From: Candidatus Thorarchaeota archaeon
GTDB lineage: Archaea > Asgardarchaeota > Thorarchaeia > Thorarchaeales > Thorarchaeaceae
Reading direction: 5' to 3'
Length of the DNA: 10,291 nt
NCBI GenBank assembly: GCA_016840855.1
Contig: JAEORO010000002.1
Coordinates: 1-10,291, forward strand
Of this stretch, positions 1-5,979 are shown piece by piece. The position numbers were made by a program, and so were the translations under genes. The notes beneath the pieces are model-generated. The model made no database searches. It was not told where the DNA came from and was given only the letters and a program-made list of their open reading frames with translations. Numbering within the stretch: position 1 is the first letter of the stretch; each line of letters opens with the position of its first letter.

Positions 1-98
1 AGTTTCTCTGCTTGTATGAATAATTCGTAGGCTTTCTTGGTATCCTTCATTGGTGCAGATTCATTTGATTTCTTATCACTTCGTTTGAAAAATCCCAA
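1..98 (-). CDS. 5' part of a hypothetical protein running off the left edge (MGFFKRSDKKSNESAPMKDTKKAYELFIQAEK...)
   Basis: TTG at 98-96 directly after an in-frame TAA, with GGGAG SD-like motif at 114-110. The frame is open to the window edge. Not in the ORF track because it is truncated. Confidence 0.5.
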   Translation of the reverse strand, partial: MGFFKRSDKKSNESAPMKDTKKAYELFIQAEK

Positions 99-212
99 TT
101 AATTTCCAACTCCCGTTGGGCTGTGAACTCAACTATGTCCCTAATATCAATTGTCATAAATGGTTTCAGCCTTAGACTGATTTAGAAAGTGATTTAATAA
201 TCTATCATCTAT

Positions 213-266
213 ATTATTCATTAGCCCGTTCTGGAATTACGATGTCAGCAAAATCTGCAATTATTC
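213..266. repeat. Left copy of an imperfect ~50-bp direct repeat flanking the SRPBCC-SnoaL gene
   Basis: ATTATTC 213-219 and GATGTCAGCAAAA 241-253 match 1759-1765 and 1787-1799 at the same offset (1546). TCTGCAATTATTC 254-266 is identical to 1753-1765. Confidence 0.6.
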
Positions 267-1673
267 CTTTATCTTTTCAATTAGTCCAAACGCTATTGCA
301 GCATTTATGGGATTATAGTATTCAATCCATTCTGTTATTTTCCCTTCTTGATCAAAAGAGTAAATGGCCAAATAGTCGTTCTCGTAGATACCTTGTCCAT
401 TTGATACCTTGAGTTTGCCAGTATGTTTCATTACTATTCTACGTGGATCCTCTAAAGGAAGAATCTCCTCAATCGGAAATCGAATATCATCAAAATTCGA
501 GGCTGCATCTTGTATGGCATTACGAATGTCATTTCGACCGATTGCCTCATATGGAAACATACCTGAATTGAATGGATGAATCCATTTTGCATTTTCGCTG
601 AACAGGTCAGCAAATTCATCAAATCTCCTTTGCTCAAGAAGATTCACAAAGTTGCGTACTGTTTCGATATTTCTTTCTCGTGCAATAATTAAGAGATCAC
701 AAATTTGTGATGTTAAGTGATTTTCAAATTTCTCAAAAGATAGATAGTCCCTAAGAATTGATCCATCTTTTAGTTGCAATATCTTATCTACTAGTCCAAA
801 TGCTTTTGCAGCAGTGATAGGATTGTTGTATTCAATCCACTCCATTATTTTCCCATTTTCGTCAAAGGAATAGATACCAATGTAGTCATTTTCATAGATA
901 CCCTTACCATTTGATTTTCTGAGTTTGCCAGTGTGTTTCATTACTACTCTACGTGGATCCTCTAAAGGAAAAATCTCCTCAATCGGAAATCGAATATCAT
1001 CAAAATTCGATGCAAAGTTTTGTATTGTATCGCGAATTTCGTTCCGGCCTTCTATAACAGCGGGAAATAGACCTGAACTAAATGGTTGAATCAACTTTGC
1101 ATTTTCCGAAAAAAGCTCAGCGAATTCATCGATTCGCTTCTGTTCGAAAAATCTAACCAATTTCCGAACAGTTTCAATATTTTCTCCTCTTGTCGCACGT
1201 AAGACCATTTGGCTAAGCCAAGTCAAATGAGTTTCAAGTTTTCCAAAAGCTTCATTCCAACCATGAACTGCTCCATCTCTGAATTCTTTTGATGGAAATC
1301 CAGTATGATGAAACACCATCATAGTTTTACCATCATGCTCTTCAAGTGTTATCGAAATTTCTGTTTCTGAACTTGGGGCATCAATCCTTGATTGTGTATA
1401 GACGATTTTATCGGGCCGATCAATTTCTTTGTACTCACCCGTCATAACAAGTTCTGGACCTTCACCGGATTGCATACCATAACTATACTTTCCACCAACC
1501 TTGAGTTTGCCTTCACTAAAGGTAACATCATAATTCTTTGGACTACTCCATTTCTTGATATGACCATGATCAGTGAGAGCATTGAACACCAAACTCTTTG
1601 GAACCGTGAATTCTCTAATGATAACTAGTTCATCATCAGTTGAGGTGTTCCGTTCGAGAAGTTCTATAGTCAT
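261..1673 (-). CDS. Fusion protein: N-terminal SRPBCC (AHSA1/CalC-like, Bet v1 fold) domain plus two tandem SnoaL/NTF2-like (PhzA/B-like) domains, 470 aa
   Basis: N-terminus has the AHSA1-like pattern (ELVIIREF...VFNALTD..HIKKW...LKVGGKY...GEYKEIDRPDKIVYT...GWNEAFGKLETHL). It is followed by two copies of NIETVR..F.....DEFA.LFSENAK...GR..IR......YEN.Y..IYSFD..GKI.EWIEY.NP. SD GAGGAG at 1687-1682. Confidence 0.85.
   Translation of the reverse strand: MTIELLERNTSTDDELVIIREFTVPKSLVFNALTDHGHIKKWSSPKNYDVTFSEGKLKVGGKYSYGMQSGEGPELVMTGEYKEIDRPDKIVYTQSRIDAPSSETEISITLEEHDGKTMMVFHHTGFPSKEFRDGAVHGWNEAFGKLETHLTWLSQMVLRATRGENIETVRKLVRFFEQKRIDEFAELFSENAKLIQPFSSGLFPAVIEGRNEIRDTIQNFASNFDDIRFPIEEIFPLEDPRRVVMKHTGKLRKSNGKGIYENDYIGIYSFDENGKIMEWIEYNNPITAAKAFGLVDKILQLKDGSILRDYLSFEKFENHLTSQICDLLIIARERNIETVRNFVNLLEQRRFDEFADLFSENAKWIHPFNSGMFPYEAIGRNDIRNAIQDAASNFDDIRFPIEEILPLEDPRRIVMKHTGKLKVSNGQGIYENDYLAIYSFDQEGKITEWIEYYNPINAAIAFGLIEKIKE
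270..1289. repeat. Intragenic tandem duplication, period 510 bp (170 codons)
   Basis: 410-500 vs 920-1010 differ at only 3 of 91 nt. Weaker similarity at the same offset runs through 282-343 vs 792-853 and 711-777 vs 1221-1287. Outer boundaries are approximate. Confidence 0.9.
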
Positions 1674-1705
1674 TATCTTTTCTCCTCGGAAATATGAAAT
1701 AATGA

Positions 1706-1732
1706 ATTAACTATTGTTAATATTTGATATAA
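1706..1732 (-). promoter_or_regulatory. TATA box (TTATAT, 1732-1727) with downstream palindrome ATTAAC-TATT-GTTAAT (1706-1721), putative operator of the SRPBCC-SnoaL gene
   Basis: A 6-bp perfect inverted repeat lies between the TATA box and the expected transcription start, upstream of the SD and ATG. Confidence 0.55.
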
Positions 1733-1752
1733 GTCTTTGCTTCTACTTGTAG

Positions 1753-1808
1753 TCTGCAATTATTCGACTTTAGCAGGTTGTAGAATGATGTCAGCAAAAA
1801 TGGCATTT
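1753..1808. repeat. Right copy of the imperfect direct repeat flanking the SRPBCC-SnoaL gene
   Basis: TCTGCAATTATTC 1753-1765; TTAGCAGGTTGTAGAAT 1770-1786 (13/17 identical to 221-237); GATGTCAGCAAAA 1787-1799. Confidence 0.6.
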
Positions 1809-1872
1809 GAATTTGCAAATGCGCTTCCTTTTGGATATTTTTGTAAATGACCACTGCTAAGCTGGCTAAGTG

Positions 1873-1887
1873 ACAATAACTTTAACA
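1873..1887 (+). promoter_or_regulatory. Putative archaeal promoter (TTTAAC at 1881-1886) for the tRNA-like gene
   Basis: TATA-like box with an A-rich upstream segment, about 30 nt before tRNA position 1 (1915). Confidence 0.4.
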
Positions 1888-1914
1888 GCGGACCAACAGC
1901 TTTGTCTACTCCAA

Positions 1915-1992
1915 GGGCACGTGGTCTAGCTTGGATGGGGCACTAGCCTTCTAAGTTAGTAATCCGTGGTTCGGATCCAAGTGAGCCCGCCA
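1915..1992 (+). tRNA. tRNA-Arg(TCT), degenerate and probably a pseudo-tRNA, with encoded CCA
   Basis: Cloverleaf: acceptor GGGCACG/TGAGCCC + G-CCA; D stem GTCT/GGGC with GG and A20 in the loop; anticodon arm CTAGC-CTTCTAA-GTTAG (TCT at 1950-1952); T arm CGTGG-TTCGGAT-CCAAG. Defects: A-A in the acceptor stem, G-A in the T stem, G in place of conserved A58 and A21. Confidence 0.85.
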
Positions 1993-2016
1993 ATTACACT
2001 CCTAGAGGAAGTAAGT

Positions 2017-3147
2017 ATGAATCCAGAATATCCTTCGACTAAGCACTTCATGAAAGGACTAGACCTTAGCCAGGTCTTCTACGAGGAAGCTGTTAGACCT
2101 CTCTTAGAATCGGAATTTCCTGATCTTACATATTCAGCAGGTCATTTGGGAGCTGGGTCAGATGTTCTAGGTTTTGATACTGAACAGTCTATAGACCACG
2201 ATTGGGGACCGAAGTTGTTGATCTTTCTTGGAGAGAAGGACTATGAGAAGCACCAGGAATCTCTACATACTTTTCTCGGTCACAATTTGCCTACCGAGAT
2301 TCGTGGCTTCCCCATAAACTTCGGTGTCCACGAGGATGGTACTATCGTAATGCAACTATCAGACGATAGACCGCTCAATCACGGAGTCAAGATAGTCACA
2401 ATCAAGGACTACTTCGAGAGATATCTTACCGTAAATCCACTTGAGAAGATGAATCCAATAGACTGGGTTATTCTCCCTGAGCAACGATTACGAAGTATTG
2501 CACAAGGTCGTATCTTCCATGACGGGCTTGGACACCTGCAATCCATTCTTGAGAAACTGTCCTACTATCCTAATGATGTATGGCTGTATCTCTTATCAGC
2601 TCAATGGCAGCGAATTGCTCAGGAAGAAGCCTTCATGGGACGGTGCGGACAGGTAGGAGATGAGCTAGGCTCTCGTGTTGTTGGCTCTAGACTGGTATAC
2701 GACATTATGAAGCTCTGTTTCTTGATGGAGAAGCAGTATGCCCCGTATATCAAATGGTTTGGAACTGGTTTTTCACAGCTCAAGAGTGCAAGTATTTTGA
2801 CACCAATCCTTATGCGTGTGTTTGAAGCGACTTCATGGAAAGTTCGAGAAGAATACCTTGTGCAAGCATATGAGATTGTGGCAGGTATGCATAATGACAT
2901 CGGTATTACAGCACCCATGAAAGCCGATGCTTCAAACTTTCACAACCGACCTTTTCTAGTCATTCGAGCTGAAGATTTCGCAGATGCAATCTATGCAACA
3001 ATCCAAGATGAGGAAGTCCTTTCACTTTCGAAGTTTCTCGGGGGTGTGGATCAGTTTGTCAACTCTACTGATGTACTATCAAAACCAAAACGATATCCGA
3101 AACTCAGGAATATGTTCTCTTCATTGTCATTGGAGTACAAAATGTAG
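2017..3147 (+). CDS. DUF4037-domain protein, putative Pol-beta-superfamily nucleotidyltransferase fold, ~376 aa
   Basis: Motifs MKGLDLSQVFYEEAVRPLL, GAGSDVLGFD...SIDHDWGP (GS-x-DxD), LSYYPNDVW, QEEAFMGRCGQVGDELGS and YAPYIKWFG. Start moved to ATG 2017 (GAGG at 2005-2008) because the ORF-track start at 1966 lies inside the tRNA. ATG 2050 is an alternative. Confidence 0.8.
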   Translation: MNPEYPSTKHFMKGLDLSQVFYEEAVRPLLESEFPDLTYSAGHLGAGSDVLGFDTEQSIDHDWGPKLLIFLGEKDYEKHQESLHTFLGHNLPTEIRGFPINFGVHEDGTIVMQLSDDRPLNHGVKIVTIKDYFERYLTVNPLEKMNPIDWVILPEQRLRSIAQGRIFHDGLGHLQSILEKLSYYPNDVWLYLLSAQWQRIAQEEAFMGRCGQVGDELGSRVVGSRLVYDIMKLCFLMEKQYAPYIKWFGTGFSQLKSASILTPILMRVFEATSWKVREEYLVQAYEIVAGMHNDIGITAPMKADASNFHNRPFLVIRAEDFADAIYATIQDEEVLSLSKFLGGVDQFVNSTDVLSKPKRYPKLRNMFSSLSLEYKM

Positions 3148-3171
3148 ATGCTTTCCTCAGTTCCTACATAA

Positions 3172-3783
3172 TTACTGACGAACAATTGCACGTATCATAC
3201 CAACTAGTTTCTCAACAAATTCATCATCAGCCCCAAAATACTCTGGAAACATTATCTGATATGTCATTAAGGTTCCAATCATCCGTTCAATCAAGTTCTC
3301 ATGTTTCTTGATGTCAATCGACTCCTCGGGGAACATCTTGGATAAACTATCAATGAATTCAACAAACAGTTTCCAACCCTGATTCATCGAGTCAAGTGAT
3401 TCGAGTGATTCTACAACATTTTCATACTTGTCAATGTCCGCAAGCATTTCAATTTGCACAGCAGCAAGGAAGTGTCGATCATTGCGCCGCACTTCTAGTA
3501 CAGCTCGTAAGAGTCTGCTCAAGACTTCATCGAATGTCTTTCCCTGCAATAACTCCTCAGATTTCAATAATGACCCACTTGTTTCGAATGCTTTCTGTTG
3601 CATCCTAGATAGCAATTCTGCTAGAATGGATGTCTTTCCACCAGGAAAGTGGTAGTACAGAGTGCCAATGCTAACCTTTGAAAGATAAGCGATATCATTT
3701 ACATTGAGATTTGTGTATCCCTTCTTGCGAATTGATCTTTCAGCGATCCGCAAAATCCGTTCTCTAGCTTCTGATTTTCTCAT
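3172..3783 (-). CDS. TetR/AcrR-family transcriptional regulator
   Basis: N-terminal HTH RERILRIAERSIRKKGYTNLNVNDIAYLSKVSIGTLYYHFPGGK. ATG 3783 preferred because it lies ~28 nt below TTTATA (3816-3811), consistent with a leaderless mRNA. Confidence 0.9.
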   Translation of the reverse strand: MRKSEARERILRIAERSIRKKGYTNLNVNDIAYLSKVSIGTLYYHFPGGKTSILAELLSRMQQKAFETSGSLLKSEELLQGKTFDEVLSRLLRAVLEVRRNDRHFLAAVQIEMLADIDKYENVVESLESLDSMNQGWKLFVEFIDSLSKMFPEESIDIKKHENLIERMIGTLMTYQIMFPEYFGADDEFVEKLVGMIRAIVRQ

Positions 3784-3810
3784 CGTGATTATCATCTTCA
3801 CGCGTTGTCA

Positions 3811-3888
3811 TATAAATCTTTGAGTTCGAGTCGGAATCGAAAATCCTTTAAGTGGAAAATGTGTAATAGAATTCGAGTCGAACTCGAT
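3811..3888. promoter_or_regulatory. Divergent promoters with two palindromic operators, TTCGAGT-CGG-AATCGAA (3825-3841) and TTCGAGT-CGA-ACTCGAT (3872-3888)
   Basis: Minus-strand TATA TTTATA at 3816-3811. Plus-strand BRE CGAAAA at 3838-3843 and TATA TTTAAG at 3847-3852. The two 17-mers are 14/17 identical, each an inverted repeat of TCGAGT. Confidence 0.8.
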
Positions 3889-3904
3889 AAAAAGAGTGGT
3901 TAGA

Positions 3905-4729
3905 ATGAAAAAATTGAGTAGAAAAGAAGTTGCTGAGCTAGGACTCTATGATTTCCTAGGGTATATTGACGCATTTGATTCTCCCTATATAGGAGGACTT
4001 GCTGGAACTCGCAGTTTGATTAAGCGTCTGGAGATCCCAGAAGATGAGAATTTCCGTGTGCTTGAGGTTGGATGCGCGTCAGGATTCACAAGCTGTATGA
4101 TTGCAAAAGAGTATGGGTGCCAAGTAACAGGGATTGATATCTCCGAGGTCCTGATCTCAAAGGCTCAGGATAGAGCAGATAGAATGGGATTAACAAATGT
4201 TCGTTTTCAGGTAGCAGATGCCACACAACTTCCATTTGATGATAATTCATTTGACGCAGTATTTGGAGTAGCTCTAGTAGCGCTCATCCCTCTGAAGGTA
4301 GAAGTACTACATGAACTCATGAGGGCCATAAAGCCAGGTGGTTCGATTGGAACATTAGATCTCTTTGCAAAGAGTGATGCGAAAAAGGAGATTGTTGATT
4401 CCTTCAGTACTACTATGAAGACACTTCTTGAATATGATGTGGCAATCTTGGATATTGAGAAATGGAGAATTATCTTTGAGAAATTAGAACTTGATGACAT
4501 TCATGTCGAAGCGAACTACAATGATGTTCTTCTAACCACAAGACCACGTTCAGGCACAATAAAAGCTACGATGAAGATGCTCTATCACATGGTAATCAAT
4601 GGTGCAGTAAGAAAACGCATGATGAAATTGATGAGTCTAAGAAAGACAGCCACCATGAAAGATAATGAAGGATTCGAGCATGTTGGATATCTAGTATTTA
4701 CAGGTCGAAAATCAAATTCTTTCAATTAG
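3905..4729 (+). CDS. Class I SAM-dependent methyltransferase (Methyltransf_11/31-like)
   Basis: Motif I VLEVGCASG, post-I VTGIDIS, motif II ADATQLPFDDNSFDAV and motif III RAIKPGG. Start is ATG 3905 or GTG 3896. Confidence 0.9.
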   Translation: MKKLSRKEVAELGLYDFLGYIDAFDSPYIGGLAGTRSLIKRLEIPEDENFRVLEVGCASGFTSCMIAKEYGCQVTGIDISEVLISKAQDRADRMGLTNVRFQVADATQLPFDDNSFDAVFGVALVALIPLKVEVLHELMRAIKPGGSIGTLDLFAKSDAKKEIVDSFSTTMKTLLEYDVAILDIEKWRIIFEKLELDDIHVEANYNDVLLTTRPRSGTIKATMKMLYHMVINGAVRKRMMKLMSLRKTATMKDNEGFEHVGYLVFTGRKSNSFN

Positions 4730-4756
4730 ATGGACAAAAATTCATTGTAAAAAGAG

Positions 4757-4805
4757 AAGAACCTCGAAGAACGGATCGGTTGATTTTGGTTCTTCGAAGT
4801 TTCTT
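4757..4805. terminator. Stem-loop between convergent genes, possible bidirectional terminator or 3'-UTR structure
   Basis: TCGAAGAAC 4764-4772 / GTTCTTCGA 4789-4797 is a perfect 9-bp stem. It is extended outside by AAGAA/TTCTT and inside by GGATC/GATTT. Confidence 0.55.
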
Positions 4806-4880
4806 TACTAATTGATATTATTGGCTTTGTTAATCTTTCGATGCAGTGAATACGCCCCATATTTACATTGCAACAGAAAA

Positions 4881-5507
4881 TTAATTATCGTTTAGTGATT
4901 CAATAAGGGAATAGAAATATTTCGCTTCCTTGGTTTTATATAATCGATACCACGCCTCAAGTGTTTCTGGTTTCATTAAATTGGTTTTTTTTATTATTTC
5001 GTAGGAAAATTCTAATGGACACAGTCCGCTTGCTGTTATTAGATTGTCGTCTACAACCACTGGTTGTTCTAAATAATAATTAGCTCCTGAATATTCAGAG
5101 GCAAACATCTCTAGAAATCCTTTACCATTGCTGGTATGTTTTCTGCCATCTAATACCCCTTTTCTTGCTAGAGCAACAGTAGCTCCGCAAATTGCCCCAA
5201 CAATAATATTTCTAGTTAAAAGGTCAGGAACAATATCGATTACTTTTGTATTATTCTCTTCTTCCCAGGTGTCAGCCCCAGGTAAAATCAAAATATCTCC
5301 CTCATTAAATTCAATATTATCAATACATTCATCTGGAGTAATACTAATTCCTCCCATTGTTTTTGCGGACTCAGTAGTATTTCCAATTTTGATTAACTCT
5401 ATAGGTGGCTTTGTTTTATCAAAATATCTACCGCTGTTCAATTCAGAGGTAATATATGCAATTTCCCAATCTGCCAATGTGTTTAGTATGTATAGATATG
5501 CTTTCAT
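4881..5507 (-). CDS. DJ-1/PfpI-family protein (type 1 glutamine-amidotransferase-like fold; Bacillus YdeA/YoaZ-like)
   Basis: Motifs LADWE (conserved Glu), TMGGISITPD, LILPGAD, nucleophile elbow GAICGAT, HTSN and LITASG. SD AGGAG 8 nt upstream of the ATG. Confidence 0.9.
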   Translation of the reverse strand: MKAYLYILNTLADWEIAYITSELNSGRYFDKTKPPIELIKIGNTTESAKTMGGISITPDECIDNIEFNEGDILILPGADTWEEENNTKVIDIVPDLLTRNIIVGAICGATVALARKGVLDGRKHTSNGKGFLEMFASEYSGANYYLEQPVVVDDNLITASGLCPLEFSYEIIKKTNLMKPETLEAWYRLYKTKEAKYFYSLIESLNDN

Positions 5508-5558
5508 TTTATTATCTCCTTTTCACGTTATTCTCTTCCTCGTCGTTATCAAAGACAA

Positions 5559-5966
5559 CTAAGTAGAATCGCCTCCCTGCTTCGGCCACGTCCATGCATA
5601 CCAGATGATTAATACTGTAAGAATCGATTCTACAGTCCCATAGATTAGATATCCAACGCTGAATGACATAAACGCCATAGCCGCCATGCTGACACCAATC
5701 AGAGTATAGACCATGCCTACGATTATGTTTAACCTGCGATTTGCTTTCACCTTGAGTACCAATGAAAGGAATATCATGAGAATTGGAGGTACCATGATCC
5801 CAGCACTTGCTGCCAAGAAGAAATCATCTATAGCCATACCTCCAATTTCTCCTGCTAATATTTCCGCTAGATGTCCCGGAACAAAGAAGGCTAGAACATC
5901 TGCATAAAGATAGCAAAACATTGCTCCTACCCATAATCCTGCAAGCTTTATCTTAATGTCTTCCAA
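5559..5966 (-). CDS. DUF6326-family small membrane protein (4 TM), paralog 2
   Basis: Pattern KIKL..LW...MFCY.YADV...PG.LAEILAGE...P.LM..LSL.L....NR.LNI..G...E......IIW.A..WP. TTG start with a GGAGG SD just after the upstream stop codon. Confidence 0.75.
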   Translation of the reverse strand: MEDIKIKLAGLWVGAMFCYLYADVLAFFVPGHLAEILAGEIGGMAIDDFFLAASAGIMVPPILMIFLSLVLKVKANRRLNIIVGMVYTLIGVSMAAMAFMSFSVGYLIYGTVESILTVLIIWYAWTWPKQGGDST

Positions 5967-5979
5967 TGGATCTCCTCCT

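Noticed and set aside
213-1860. Integron attC or CRISPR interpretation of the flanking repeats and hairpin
   Set aside because: There is no RYYYAAC...GTTRRRY arrangement (TTAG precedes CTAA, the opposite order), only two copies, no regular spacers, and no integrase or cas gene.
1966-2016. N-terminal extension of the DUF4037 ORF from GTG 1966
   Set aside because: It begins inside the tRNA T-arm, and ATG 2017 has an SD-like site.
3381-3411. TCGAGT half-sites inside the first TetR gene
   Set aside because: They are direct half-sites without the inverted partner and are explained by the coding sequence (ESLESLDS).
4757-4805. SECIS-like role for the hairpin
   Set aside because: No in-frame TGA interrupts either adjacent gene, and both end in TAG or TAA at expected lengths.
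4817-4850. Possible third copy of the flanking repeat (ATTATTGGCTTT...CGATGCAGTGAA) downstream of the DJ-1 gene
   Set aside because: It needs several gaps and the spacing differs, so it is indistinguishable from chance in AT-rich DNA.
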